Shown here: piece by piece, positions 25,063 through 39,393 of the stretch
Layout of the letters: each line of letters starts with the position of its first letter
How positions within the stretch are numbered: the stretch's first letter is position 1
From: Azolla caroliniana
Taxonomy: Eukaryota > Plantae > Polypodiophyta
Length of the DNA: 64,000 nucleotides
NCBI GenBank assembly: GCA_043228905.1
Contig: JBHGNT010000016.1
Span: 10,230,001 to 10,294,000 of the forward strand
Direction: 5' to 3'
Program-made: the position numbers and the translations under genes
Notes under the pieces: model-generated
Databases searched by the model: none
The model's input: the letters and a program-made list of their open reading frames with translations, nothing else
What the model was told of the DNA's origin: nothing

Positions 25063-25953
25063 GTAAATGACATTTGCGAAGTTCAATTACCATCAATATA
25101 ATTATTAATGGTTTTGCTAATCAATGATGTACATGTTTACCATAGAGTATCTTGTTGTGCAACAACATATATATTTGCAGTATTGATATGTATCTTTTTC
25201 TCTTGTAAAAACATAGATTTTAGTATAATTTGAGTTCATGTTTAAAAAACCTCTTTTATTTGAAAAACAAGAAGTTTTTAAACATAAATTCAATATGTTG
25301 TATCGAGTTGATGTAAAAAACAGAGTTTTGATCATAATTCCATAAAATGTATTGAATTCATGTTCAAAGTTTTTTTTTACTGGATTTAAAAAAAATTAAT
25401 AATAATAAGTTGAGCTTGAGTTGATATAAAAACCAGATTTTTCATTATAATTCGATACAACGTATCAAGTTCATGTTTTAAGTATATTTTTCTAATTTGT
25501 TTTCAAAAATTTTAAAATTTTTTTATAGAAAAAAAAAATTAAAACATGAATTCGATACATTGTATCAACTTGTGATGAAAACTCTGTTTTTTTTAATCAT
25601 TTATTAAAGCTAAAAAAAAAAAACCAAAATAAATAGAAAAAAAACAATTTTAAAATAAAACCCCAAATAAAGCTTTTAACATGAACTTGATACATTGTAT
25701 CGAGTTTGTGTCAAAATGTTGACTTTTCTACACGAACTCGATACAACTTTAATAAATGATGAAGAAACCACAGTCTTCATGACAAGTCGATACAATGTAT
25801 CGAATTCATGTTTAAAATTATTATTTTTCCATAAAAAAAATGGAAAAAACATCAAAAAAAAATTGAAAAAAAATTAGAAAAACTTATTTCAAACATTAAC
25901 TCGATACATTGTATTGAATTGTGAGGAAATTGAACCTTGCAAATGTCATTTAC
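25063..25953. mobile_element. Putative non-autonomous TIR/foldback element (MITE-like), AT-rich
   Basis: Terminal inverted repeats GTAAATGACATTTGCGAAGTTCAATT / AATTGAACCTTGCAAATGTCATTTAC; internal repeated palindromic TCGATACA-TGTATCGA modules; no clear TSD. Confidence 0.6.
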
Positions 25954-26657
25954 ATGGTCTATGAAGTATTCTTGTGGTTCTCAATGACCACTTCAAGCAT
26001 TTTATGTTGATCTTTATAGTTGGGTTCATTTACAACAAAGAAACATTTATGTGGAACAAAGGACGACAACACGAGCATAACTTAGGTGACAAGGAAACTT
26101 GTAAGAACTCAAGGTGAGGATATTAATAACTAACTACACATGTTGATAGCCATGAGCTAGGGTACCAATTCTGCATTGGTAAAGTTTTGGGCGTGACGAT
26201 GCATTAAACCTTTGTAATACATCTATCATTGACATTAGTTAGGTGGATATCATTGTGTATGACTTTACACTGACAAAAGTTGGACGTTTAAGGACAACAA
26301 CGATATACATAATAAAAGAGGTATTACCAAGTCTAGAAGATATCTTAGATTGAAGGTGAAAAAGATTTACTGCACACAATTTGGAGACACCATTTGGTGA
26401 AGACAATGATTTGATTGGTACATTTAAAAATCAGGAGGAAGAGTCATAATTGTATATTATCTATAGTAGTGATTCTCATGAAAAGAATGATGATATTTAT
26501 GCAAATAACTCCCAAATGTATTTGTTGTGCAACTATGTGTAACAAATTTAGACAACATTTTATTGAATGAAATAAAAACATTCATTGTTTTGAAATCCTC
26601 TGCTTTTGATTTCTTTAAGATCTAAAAACTTATTAATTGTCATTTTTCTTTAAAAAT

Positions 26658-27106
26658 TGTTAAGAATCAAGCTCAACCTAGTGCAATGCGTGAACACACC
26701 TTTTGAGAATCCATGATTACTCAAAGGTCAAGAGTCATACCACTACTCTCTACACATTAACTATGTGTCATAGAATCATATTCTATGACACAACTAATGA
26801 GTTACATATTCCCCATGACTATAAGTCTTCACATTTCCCAAGAGAGAGAGCGGTTATTGTAAGTTAATGAAGAGAGAGGGTGACTCTATATAAAGCACCC
26901 TCCTCATACTTGATACTAAGTCGGTTGTGACTCCTTATTATGCTACATTTTGTAATTCTTATTCTACTTGTGAAATATACACCTTCTTCTTGAGTATTCC
27001 TTTTTCTATCTATCTTTTGTGTTCTCATCTCTCCTCTAATTCCTCTCACACATACACATAACACACATCTCTCCCGCTACACAAGAATCTCCATCGATTC
27101 TTTACA
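26658..27106 (+). repeat. 5' LTR of Copia D
   Basis: TG...CA termini followed by the PBS; related in inverted orientation to 30170-30527. Confidence 0.85.
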
Positions 27107-30100
27107 TGGTATAAGAGTGATTTGGTAGCTCGATCTAGCTCACTCGCCTTATCGTGATTGTGTGTTGTGCTCTACGCCAACGTTCAAGAAGAACCGGCTC
27201 ATCGCTATCGTAGTACCACTACATAGCTCGTGTTCGAGAGAGAGGGAAAATAAGAAAGGAAGCTTAATCGATAATGAATACTCAAATGGGGAGTGCTCTC
27301 CCTAGCGAGAAGTTGGACCGAAACAACTTCGCATCTTGGGAGTACAAGATGCACCAATACCTTGTCGGCCAAGGCTATTGTATTGGGGTTACATCAAGGG
27401 AGCACAAGAAAACCGACCCAACCTGGAAGATGCCGACTATGCAACGTGGGAGCAAGCGGCAAGTCGAGTGATGTATTGCTTGGCGACATGTGTTCACGAC
27501 CACATGCTCGGGTACATTCGAGAAGCCGAGATTCCGAAAGAAGCGTGGGAGAATCTACGAAAGATTTTCGCCGCTAACACTACCGCAAGAAAGCTTTAAC
27601 TCCGCCAAGAGTTGAACAACATCCAACAAAGGTATATGTCCATCACAAGCTACACCTTGAAGATCAAGGAGCTTTGCGACTCGCTTAGCTCGATAAGCAT
27701 CAATATGGACGATGATGAGATGGTGCAAATATGCCTCGGCAACCTTGCACCACGATTTAGCGTGATGCGGACCGCCGTACTAGCACGGGAGAATCTACCC
27801 TCCTTCGATCTTCAATCTATGTTGTTGGTCGAAGAAAACCATGTTCGAACGAGGAGCAACGCCTCGGAAGGCCACATTCTCTACATGCATTCGGACGGAG
27901 GAAGAGGACGCGACCGTGCAAGAAGAGGTTGATTCGGCCAAGGACGAGGTGGACGAGGCACGACTTACGAAAACAACTCAAAATTTTGGCATCAAGACGG
28001 AAGCCATCGAGGAACGTTCGTAAGAAGGGGGAGCTTCCATTCTTGTTTGAACCGACAAAGCTCGATCGAATGCGGATATTGCGGAAAAATCGGTCACCAT
28101 GAAGAAGAATGTCGTAAGAAGATATGTGAGTCGGCTTCCACTAGCCGACAACTCACCAACTATGCCATCAACTCCGACTATCACAATCATGGCGGAATGT
28201 TCGTGAAGAGACATAGAGCGAATTCTATGTCGGCCTCTACTTCTACTAGTGCCTCGGTTCGGAAGACGTATGGTTCGTCGATTCCGGTGCCTCAAACCAT
28301 ATGACGTCGCATCAAGAATGGTTCCGAGAACTTTGAGAGTCGGACCGATCCGGCTATGTCAAAACTGGAGACGACACTACGCACCCGACTTGGCACATTG
28401 GCAATGTTCCGTTCGGAGAAGAAGGTAAGCAAACTTATATTGTCTTACATGTACCAACTATCACGAAGAATTTCGTCTCCATCGGCCAAATTGTAGAGCA
28501 AGGAATGCAAGTACGATTTAATCAAGGTGGTTGCTTCATTGAAAAAGAGGGCTAACTCATTGCTCGCGGACGAAGAGAGGGCCAAATGTTCATTCTCGAT
28601 TCACAAGAGATGAAATCGACCATGTTCGCAAAGGGCATGAAAGCAGATTTTGACATAGAGTTATGGCACAAGCGGATTGGCCATATCAACCTCAAAAAGC
28701 TCAAGGCAATGCAATTCAAAGGAGTCGTCATCGGGCTCCCGACATTCACAGAGAAAGATATTGAAGGCGTGTGTGCCGCTTGCCAATTCGGCAAGCAACA
28801 TCGGCACCCATTTTCAAAGGAGCGGAACGTGAGTAAAGGCGTACTCAACGTAATTCATTCCGATGTGTGGGGTCCGGCTCAGACGACGACATTCGGAGGA
28901 TGCCGATACTACGTGACCTTCATCGACAACTTCTCTAGGCACACTTGGATCTACCCGATGCAGCAAAAGAGTGAACTGTTCAGACAGTTCCAAAAATACA
29001 AGAATGAAGTCGAGAAAGCCACGGGTCGACATGTACAATGTCTTCAGTCGGATGGAGGCAAGGAATATTTCTCGGATGAGTTTACGGTCTATCTACGGAA
29101 AGAAGGAATTCGGCGAGAGTTTTCATGTCGACATACACCACAACAAAATGGAGTGGCCGAACGAAAGAATTGGCACATCCTCGAAGTAGCACGAGCCATG
29201 ATGAACGAAAAGCACGTGCCGAAGTCGTACTAGGCAAAAGCAGTTAACACGACCATTTACCTTATGAATCGGTGTACGACATTGGGTGTGCACGAACTTA
29301 CTCCGCACGAGAAGTTTTTCGGAAAGAAACCGGACCTATCACATCTTCAGATATTCAGCTCCATTGCCGACGTGCACATCCTTGACGAGAAGCGTCAAAA
29401 GCTCGACCCGAAGTCGGAGAAATGTATCCTCATAGGATACTCACTAGAGCAAAAGGGGTACAAGTGCTACAATCCCACAACTCGAAAATCTCGAGTAAGT
29501 CGAGACGTCATTTTTGACGAGTCCGCATCCTGATACGCACCAGAGACAACTTCGACTCCGATTCCGCTCGACTCGGTATACACCGAAATAGAGATAGAAG
29601 CCGACGATCGACTCACGTGCATGTTCGAAGAAAGCCCAATTACGACAAGGCTTAGTGGGCCACAAGAGCCCCCGAGCGATCAAAGCACATCTCGGCTGAG
29701 CCCGATGATGAACAAAGGGAAGGCGAAAATGCCGGAGTATGAAGAAGATCACTTCGATGGCAACAAATCAACTCACTTCCTTGATAGTGAGTTCGAAGGC
29801 CTTGAGCTCCGGACAAATGGAGTGGAGAAAGCCATAGTATCCGCAAACGAGAAGCTCCGCCGATCCACTCGTGAAAAGAACCTCGTAAGTCGATTCGACT
29901 ACAATGATTACATGGCGTACCATTACACATTTATGATGAAGGTAGCAACAGTACGGGAGTTGGAAACCTTTTCCGAAGCCGCGAAGGAACCGCGATGGAT
30001 CAAAGCAATGAACGAGGAGATGTGTGCACTACGCAAGAATGAGACGTGGGATCTCGTTCCCCACTCACCGCACAAGAAGGCAATTGGCTGCTAATGGATC

Positions 30101-30169
30101 TACAAGGAGAAGTATAATGTTGACTACTCCGTTAACCGCTACAAAGCTCGACTCGTAGCAAAAGGATAC
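26658..30169 (+). mobile_element. Ty1/Copia element D: 5' LTR, PBS, gag-PR-INT and start of RT; interrupted by Copia E, 3' part beyond the window
   Basis: LTR 26658-27106 (TGTTAAG...CTTTACA); PBS TGGTATAAGAG (iMet-like) at 27107-27117; CGYCGKIGHHEEEC; WFVDSGASNHMT; INT 28586-29533; RT breaks at RLVAKGY. Confidence 0.9.
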
Positions 30170-30602
30170 TATAAAGAATCAGGTATGATTCTTGTGGAGT
30201 GGAATAGGTGTGAACTGTGTGTGTATATGAGAGAGAGAGACAAGGAATGATACACAAAGAATACGCAAGGTAAAAGTATATTAACAAAGGAGAAAGACTC
30301 AACATAATACAAGGTGGGAGGAGGGTGCTTTATATAGTCTACAAGACTCATGGAGCATGGGGAATGTGAAAGCTCATAAGTTATGTGTCATAGAATATGA
30401 TTCTATGACTCATACTAAATGCTAGAATACAAAGGGGTGACATAATGGTGACTCTTGACCGTTGGAGTGTCTATTCACTCTCAAGGTGAGTTCACACACT
30501 AGACCAAGTTGAGCTTGATTCTCAACACGCCCCCTCAACCTCAAGTTGGGTCGGTTTCAGACGGTATCCGAAATCTCCTTCGACTCGCGTTTCGGAGTCC
30601 GC

Positions 30603-31712
30603 TGTCGTGTGTTTTTTCACACACGATATGAAAACTATGTAAATAAATAAATAATAAAATAAGTACTTTATATTAGCTTAATGGCATATTATAGAAAGAT
30701 GGATGTTTGAGAAGATAGGGAAAATAGAACTATTATTTATCCCACAGGAAACTTAAGGCCCAGGCTATATAAGCACCTTGAGACCCTCATTTTCATTTGT
30801 GCTAAGAGCACTTTGGCCACTTTGTCTTGATGGATGATGGTGGCCAAGTTCCCAAAAACTGAAACTGGCCGGTAAGCAAAACCGGAATTGGAACCCGGCC
30901 GGTAAGCAATCTGGAAGGCCCAGTAAGCAAAACCGGAAACCGGTCGGGAAGCAAAACCGGAAACCGGCCGGGAAGCAATCCGGAACCGTCCGAGAAGCAA
31001 TCCGGAACCTGGCCGGTGAGCAAAAATGGAAACCAGCCGGTAAGCAAAACGGAAACCGGCGGCAGAGCCGGCGAGGCAGTGGCAATCGGCGACCGGACGA
31101 GGTTGGACACGGACAGACGGAAGATTGGATCATGCAACAAACTAAAGTAAAGTGAAGAGAACTAAAGTAAAGGCCATGTGGACGCAAGCAACTAAAGTTG
31201 GAGTGCATGCAAAAAGTAAAGGTCATGTGGACGATCGCATGCAACTAAAAGAAAAAGGCCATGCAACAAAAAGGGGACATGCAGATGATCAAGGGAAAAC
31301 TCCATATAAAATTCCATTTTTTTTTCCTACACTCATGCTCTCTCCATATTTTCTTTTTCTTTTTCTTTTGCTTTGAAGCTCTCTTATCTTATCAAAGCCA
31401 ATAACCCTAAATTTCCTTACGGAAGTCATAAACCCTAATTTTCCCTACTAAAGCCATATAATTTTCCTATCGAATCCGTATCTTAGTTTCTTCTAATCTA
31501 TTATTCTAGTAATCTCCATAAGCTAAAACTTTTGTAATCCCAATCTTGGGATTGATTGTAATTTTTCTTTTCTATTTATTAATGAAATTTGTCAATCTTT
31601 CTCATTTTCCGTTAATTGTTAAAAATATAAAAGCACGAATGTGATATCCTCTAGCCCGGAGGCCCCGAGGTCTTGCCTCAAGTTCGCGTGTCCTCGTCGT
31701 ATTTTCGCGACA
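30603..31712. mobile_element. Solo LTR of about 1.1 kb with a 4-bp TSD, in the Copia E 3' region
   Basis: TGTCGTG...CGCGACA termini; CCGC at 30599-30602 and 31713-31716; internal CCGG-rich tandem repeats at about 30860-31070. Confidence 0.75.
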
Positions 31713-33321
31713 CCGCGTTGACTCACGTCGACTCGCATTTATGCGGAGTTGCGGAATCCGTGCTCCAGCTTGCGTTGTGCGTAGTTGCGAAGTCCTTGCT
31801 TCGGCTTGCATCTTTCTTCGTGGCTTTGCGCGGTAGATCGGCTAGTGTGCGCGGTTTGCGGAATCCACGCGTTATTGCGTAATGTCTTCAGTACTCCCCC
31901 TCAATCTTGGCAGGTTAGGGATTGTCAATACGAGATCAGTCATGAATTGCCATACCTTGTCAGCTCCTAAGGCTTTAGTGAAGATGTCGGCCGTTTGAAG
32001 ATTTGTGCTAATGTGTTGTAGGTCGACATTGCCCACTAGAATGCACTCTCGGATGACGTGATAGTGCACCTCGATGTGTTTTGTCCGCGCGTGGAACACC
32101 GGGTTCCGAGCCAAATAGATACTGCTCATGTTGTCGCAGTAAAGGGAAGTCGGATCCTTGATGGGTACACCCAGATCCTTGAGTATCCTTTTGAGCCATA
32201 CGGCTTCACATGTAGCCACTACCGTACCCCTGTATTCCGCCTCCGTACTCGAAAGAGCGACGATAGGCTGCTTCTTGTTACTCTAGGATATTGCTCCGCT
32301 GCCGAGGGAGAAATCAAATCCGGAGGTTGATCTTCTATCGGCTTTGTAGCCGGCCCAATCGGCGTCTGTGTACCCCTCGAGTCTTATTGGCATCGCGGTC
32401 TTGTAGAGGATGCCGCAATCCATTGTGCCGCTCATGTATCGTAGAACTCGCTTAGCGCAATTCAAGTGAGTATTACGCGGTGTTTGCATGAATTGACTAA
32501 GGAGACTGACCGGATAACTGAGATCGGGTCGAGTGATTGTGAGGTAGATGAGACTCCCGATGAGTTGCCGATACTGAGTCGGCTCACACGCTGTCGTGAG
32601 GAAAACCGTCCCTAGGCGCAAACCGTGTGTAGCGTGTGTGAACCGGCCCTTACACGTGGGCACGCCCCTTGTTGTATAGTAGATAGGTAGGCACAAAAGT
32701 CAAATCCTAGGTAGCAATATTCTATAGGGAGAATCGAGGAGTATCTCTGTCCGAAAGGACAGAGAATTAATGTGATGTATACGGGTGAAAACGGTCTCCC
32801 TCCTTGAGATATAAAAGAGAGGGAGACGGGGAGAGAAGGTATCGCGCGCGAGAGGGGACGAAGTGCTGTTGGACTGGGACCAAGCCCTTCTCTGTCGTTC
32901 TCCATAGTTTTCCTTTGCGCAGGTTCTCGAGAGACTGATTTTGCTCCGTGGAACGCCCGTGTGCTTCCGGCAGAATCTCCATCTTTCTCCCCTGCGTGCG
33001 TGGGTGATCAGGCGTCTGTATCCGTCTAGCTGACCTGATCGGTTGTAACCGTTCGCGTCGTCTGCATACATATATTTATATACATACACTGGTGTTTTTA
33101 TACTCTATTCCCCGTTCAACTCATGTCTCCTGTGTTGTTGGGGTGTGCTCCCGTGCGCTTCTCTGTCTATACGTGTGTGAGCGTGTCTCTCTCTCTCTCC
33201 CTTTTCTCACCTATTCCTCGGTCCAAGACCCCAGTGGTCCCGCCTTGTTCTCCACGCACGCGCGTAATAACGTGACATTATTTGGTGAACCTGACGTGAA
33301 CAGGCGGCAGAGGAGTAGAAG

Positions 33322-36300
33322 ATGAGGGGGTCGGACCTCGCAGAAGCCATGGCTTCAGCTGTGGACCGTATAGTGAGCGCGCGCGAAGGCACTGGCGCCC
33401 TTGATAGGGCTATCGAGGCGGTTGTCGGTACGATCGGCCGGTTTAGTGGGAAGGATGCCACGAGCTACTTGGCGTCCTACCAGGCTGAGATGGTAATGAG
33501 GGACATTCCGGAAGAGAGGCGTCTAGCCGGATTCCCTCGAGTGGCGATGCCGGGCATCCATACGGAGGTGCTCGAGGTACGGGCCGAGAGCCGGACCTGG
33601 GAGGAGTTCGAAGGTCGGCTCCTCGAAAAATACGGGCTTGAAGATGCGCTTCGACTTTCGAGGCGGGACTTCATGGAGTGGGTGGAGACCCCTGACAAAG
33701 GAAGGAACGCATCAGTGCTCCTCCGGGAGTTTGAGGAACGCTTCGCACGCCTCTCGGTGCTTGACCGGACCATTCTGGACACAAGTCGTGTCCTATTGTT
33801 TGTTAAGTCAGTTGACGAGCGGGATCGGGAGCAAGTAGGCCTCCTATTGGAGACTGATGACGGGCTGACGGCTGACTGGGCCGTGGTGAAGAGGGTCTGT
33901 GGCCGTTTCGACAAACGCCGGGAATGGGTTGACAAAGGACCGACAGGGGCGGGCTCTGTCGCAACAAGGAAGCTCGAGCCAACACCACCAACGCGAAGGG
34001 AAGAGACCCGAGATTGGCTCGAGACCGGATCGGCTTCGACCGGCATGGTCAAGGGCTCGCCCGGGGGAGCAGCTCTGGAGGAACTGACGTGGATGGTAAA
34101 AGATCTCCAGATCGCCCAGGCACGGAGGGACGGTGGCGAACAGGCCCGTGACCTACGACCTCTGGCTGGAAACAGGTGCATGTGGTGTGACGCGGTTGGC
34201 CACATCCGGAAGGACTGCGAGGACTTTGCCGAGGCGATGAGAAGCAACGTGGTGTACCTATGGAACGGTTGGGTGCACGCCAGCGAGACCCGAAGGCCCC
34301 TGGACCTGAATGTCGGGCGAGGAGGTATGAAAAGGCTGATGGAGGAGGCGGCGGCTCGTCACGCGGAGACCGTCCACTATTCGGCGTCGGCTGGTATTCG
34401 GGTCGGAGGTGGTGAGGCCCCAAAGACGAACAATGCCGGGTTCTGGCCAACGATGCTAGAAGGCCTCGCCGGCACACAACTAAGGAAAGAAGAGGCGGAC
34501 CGCGCGGAAAAACGGGTCCGGGAGGTAATCGGGTGGAGTGACCCGGTGGAAGAAAAGACGGGCTTCGTCGAAGCCGCTTGTCAAAACTACGAGGCTCTGG
34601 TGGAGGACAAGCGGGTAGGGAAAACCGGAGGGGCCGGGCCCTCGCAACGATATGAAACCCGATTCAGGCAAAGGCGGAATGAGGCCGGTGTAACCGGCAC
34701 CCAGGATAATCCCAAGAAGGGCGGGTACCGGCTGGGCACAGAAATCGAAAGATCCATGGACCTGCGAAAGGTCCTGGAAGAGCGAATCCTCGACAGCAAG
34801 GTGGAATTGTCGCCGAGGGAAGTGGTCAGGATCGCCAAGAAGGAGTTCCACGACTCCATCGTAGACTTGGTGAAGAGGAAGAGGCTGTCGACGGAGACAG
34901 AACCGGAGAAGCCGGTGGAGGTGCGGACGACGCACATAGAGGACATGGCGCTGGAAGACGAGTTGGTGGAGAGCCACTATTCGAGGCCGCACTGGGCCAG
35001 AGTGACCATGGAGACCCCCGTGAAGATCGGAGATGTTCATGAACCGGTGGTGGCGTTGGTGGACCACGGTTCAGAAATCAATTTGATGTCCATGGACTTC
35101 TACAAGAAGGGGAAATGGCCGATCAACACCAAGCACGGGTGGAAAATACGGGTAGCGACGCGTGCCACCGAAGAACTGCATGGTGCCTGCCCGAATGTAC
35201 GAGTAAAGATCGGCGATGTCGAGATTGACCAACACTTCTTCGTGCAGGAGACGTCCTCACATCCGGTTATACTAGGAGAACCGTACATCATGGCAGCACG
35301 GATGGAGACCAAGGTGCTGGACAACGGCTCAGCCTATGCAAGGGTCAAGAGCCAGGATGGCCGCGATAGTCCGGACACTCCAGGAAAACCCCACAAGTGT
35401 ACGATAACGAAGAAGACCTGTACTATAAGTAGGAAATTTTGGTTCTTCGACAACGGAGGGTGTACGATAGTCGACGTCGTTGGCCGGAAGAAGAGAAGGG
35501 TGGAGGAGCGACTTCGGGCATGTGGTATCCTCGGCCCTGGAGAGGAAATCAACGGAGCCGTGGAGACGGTCTCTTTTGACGATACCTTGAGGGAGCTGCG
35601 AAAGGTAGTCGGAGGAGTCCTTAAAGAGGACCGGACGATTCTGGTATGTTCGGAAAGGATGTACGAAGTCATCGCGGACTTCAGTAGAGGGCTCGAGTTG
35701 GATCGGACGGCCCGGATGGACACGAGGTACAAGACTGTGGACCGGAAGGTGAGGCCAGTCGCGGCTCCCTTGCCGGAGGGCAACGAGTTGCGAATAAAGG
35801 GGGTTGCGTCGGACCCGAGTTTACGAAATCCGGCCCGCATAGGACACACGTTCACCGATATAACGCTACGTGAGCTCAAAATCGGTGGGGGCGGCTTCCT
35901 ACTGCTGGCGGAAGAGGACCGTTTTCGGGGAATGCTCGGGAGGCACGGGAAGGCTTTCACATTCTCACCGGGGGAGATCGGGTGCGTAGACCCGACAGTC
36001 GTGGAACCGATGGTGATATTCACGGTACCGCATGTGCCATGGAGTCTCAACTGATTCCAGTACCCAGAGCTCACATCCCGAAGCTGATGGAGCTGTTAAA
36101 GCAGAAGGTTGAAATGGGCATCCTCGAACCGTCGAGTGCCCCATACTCGAATCGGTGGTTTACCGTGCCGAAGAAGGACGGCACGTTGCGCTTTATTCAA
36201 GACCTGCAGCCGGTCAACAAGGTGACCATTCGAAACGCAGGAATCGGACCGACAATAGACGAGTTCGCGGAGGCCTTCGCCGAAAGGTCGATTTACTCAG

Positions 36301-38823
36301 TCGGTGATCTCTACTCGGGGTACGATCAGTTCCAGCTAGCCATTGAGAGCAGAGACATCATGACAATGCGAACTCCTCTCAGCCTAGTACGGATGTGTAC
36401 CCTACCCCAAGCAGGGACGAACTCGGTGGCTCACATGGTGAACGCAATGAACAAGGTGCTGAGGGATTGTATTCGGGACATCACCATGCCGTTTTTGGAT
36501 GACGTCCTGATCAAGGGATGCCTGGTGGAGGAAAGGGACGAGACGATCGGACCGGACGGGTGCCGGAAATTCGTGGCGACGCACATCGATGACTGCGAAA
36601 AGGTGCTGCAGAGGTTAGAGGGCGCGAGGCTCACCTTCTCCGGGGGAAAATCGGCCTTCGGGCAATCAGAGATCATGGTCGTTGGACACCTATGCGGGTC
36701 GTACGACCGGAAACTGTCTCTGGCTAAGGTAGAAGCCATCTCCGCGATGAAGCACGACTGTAGCTCGATCACAGAGGTTCGGAGGTTCTTGGGAGCATGC
36801 CCGTTCTACCACATATTGATCCCGATTATGCCCACGTCGCGGAGCCGTTATACGGGTTGCTGAAAAAGGGGCGAAAATTTGAGTGGAGAGACGAGCATAC
36901 ATAGTCTGTCCGGAAGATGAAGGAAGCACTTGCCGCGGCTCCGGCGCTCCGAAAGGTTGTCTACGGAAAGAGCACTCCAATTTACATAACGGTAGACACG
37001 AGTCCGACCGGGATCGGATGGGTTGTCAACCAAGAGGACGAGGACGACATGCGTTTCCCGATCCGGTTCGGCGCGAAGGTCCTCAGCGAGCGACAACGAG
37101 GATACGCCCAGGTTAAACGCGAGCTCTGGGGTATCGTTTCGGCAGTAAAGGCCGATAAAGACTACCTGATCGGGACAGAGGTAATTATCGAGACAGACTG
37201 CCTGCCGATTCTTGGTATGGTTTCTGAATGCGCGATGCCGGACCTGGAAATGCTCAGGTGGATAGCGTACATCAAGTCCTTGAATTCGGAAATACGACAC
37301 ATTTCTGGGAAAGACAATGCCATGGCCAACATGCTTTCAAGGGCGAGGTTCGAAAACGAGGGCGGCATGGTTTCGGAGGACGAGGAAGTCGTCGTGGACT
37401 TCTTCGAGGCAGCTTACGTAACAACCGGCAGGGAATGCTCTCCAACGCTTAACGATTTCGACGAAAGCAAGTACAACGGGGAGTGGCTGCAGATCGGCGG
37501 GTTCCTGAAAACAATGACACCGGACGCGGCATGGACAAGGGATGAGGCCAACCGGATTCGGAAGAAAGCGTACCGATTCTTCCTTCGGGATAGGTACATA
37601 TGGAAGCACCCGAAGAAGAGGAACGACATCCCGCTCCGAGTGGTGACGAAGAAGGAGGAACAAGAGGATTTGCTGGCGGCGTACCACGATAGTCCTTGGG
37701 CTGGACACCGTGGAACGTGGGCCACGTTCGAAAAGCTAAAGGGGAAGTACTGGTGGCCGGGACTATACCGGGATGTGCATCGGTTCGTGATGACTTGCGA
37801 AAGCTGTCAGGTGCACTCCATGATCCGACACCGGGACGAGCTTCACCCGACCTACCCTCCGACCGTCCACTTCAAGTGGATGGTGGATTTGGTGACGATG
37901 CCAATGGGGGTAGGACAAATGCGGTATCTGGTGTTGGCTCGGGAGGATCTAACGAACCAGGTTGAAGGCCGAGCCCTGCAGAACAAGATGACTGCAGCCG
38001 TGTGCCGGTTTTTGATTTAGGACGTGATATGTCGATACGGGTGCGTAGGGAAGATCATGGCTGACCGTGGTGAGTTGGACACAGAAGAGGCCGAAGAGCT
38101 GTTCGACCGGCTAGGAGTCAAACTTTTGCTCACCACAGTGTACAATCCGGAGGCGAACGGGAAGGTAGAGCACGGACATGGGCCGATTGTCAAAGCGCTA
38201 GTACGGGCGTGTGGAGGCCAAGTCGGGAACTGGCCACGACTGCTACCTTATGCCTTGTGGGCGGACCGGACTACGCACAGTTCGGTAACCGGGTTCATGC
38301 CGGCAGAGCTAATGTTCGGACAGAAGCCGATCATGCCAACAGAGCGAACGATCTCCTCGTGGGCCATAGTGGATTGGAGGGATGAGATGAGCCGGGAGGA
38401 ACTGTTGGCGGCGTGGATTCGATAGCTCGAGCGGAGGCCGGAGGACGTAGAGCGAGCCGCGGAGAAACTTCGGGTAGCGAGGATAAGGAACAAACCCCGG
38501 TTCGACTGAACACACCGGTTCCGGCCAAGGAAGATCGAGGAAGGCGACTGGGTGCTAGTCTACAACAGCAGCCTCGACAATCAGCACAGGGCCATGCGGA
38601 AGTTTGTAAGGAGGTGGTTCGGGCCTTACGTAGTAACAGGCGCCAACGACAATGGGACGTATACCATGTCGCGGAGCTGGACGGTACGAGAATGGCGATA
38701 CCGGTAGCGGGGAAGAGGATCAAAGCGTTCAAGAAACGACACGACGGTGAACTGGAGCTAGGGGGCATGGAAAGCAACGATCAGCAGCCCAAGGCGGAGG
38801 ACGAACCGGTAAACGAGGAATAA
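33322..38823 (+). pseudogene. Gypsy H gag-pol with a few frameshifts and stops
   Basis: 910-aa gag-PR ORF (CMWCDAVGHIRKDC, LVDHGSEINL); RT GDLYSGYDQF...MPFLDDV; RH ITVDTSPTGIG..ELWGI..TDC; INT HH-CC and ADRGE..YNPEANG. Confidence 0.92.
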
Positions 38824-39008
38824 AAGCAAGGACCGGTTTTCTCCAGTAGGAACCCAATTTTGGCGCATACCAGTGGATGCGCGGTTAGGTGGGGGCGGAT
38901 GTCGTGAGGAAAACTGTCGCCAGGCGCAAACCGTGTGTAGCGTGTGTGTACCGGCCCTTACACGTGGGCACGCCCCTTGTTGTATAGCAGATAGGTAGGC
39001 ACAAAAGT

Positions 39009-39393
39009 TGTTGAGAGACAAGCTCAACATCGGCCGGTTCGGCTGAAGAAGCTGAGGACCGGATCGGTTGGGACCGATCGGTTAGGTCGAGTGCGTACAC
39101 CGGGAGTTCGTTAGGAAAGATATTCCGTGAGGAATATATTTGGGAGTTAGTGTAGGAGCTCTTGATGAGCATTGAAGTACTGTCAGTACTTCGGTCAGTC
39201 CTTCTAGGACTTGTATAAAAATGTTCACTGAGCACGTCTTATGTACAGACTGAGTATTATTGTTGAATATAGCTTTTTGTGTCTTTTCTCTGTCTCTCCT
39301 GCGTATACCGTGTAAGCTCAAGCTCTCCATTGAACCTGAGTTTCCTTCCTTCTGTTCGGTCTTCATACTTGCTTCCGCACGTTGCTTTCTACA
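39009..39393 (+). mobile_element. Solo LTR of the Copia C family inserted in the 3' LTR of Gypsy H
   Basis: TG...CA termini; TSD AAAGT at 39004-39008 and 39394-39398; its reverse complement matches 47874-48123. Confidence 0.9.

Noticed and set aside
26000-26650. Possible old coding remnant downstream of the foldback element
   Set aside because: No motif that I can support from the sequence alone.
30737-31244. Repetitive ORFs with PAGFRFC-type repeats
   Set aside because: Translations of tandem repeats within a solo LTR.
33477-36074. Long antisense ORFs over gag-pol (33477-34247, 35334-36074, also 53774-54457)
   Set aside because: Shadow ORFs expected in GC-rich coding sequence; no recognisable motifs.
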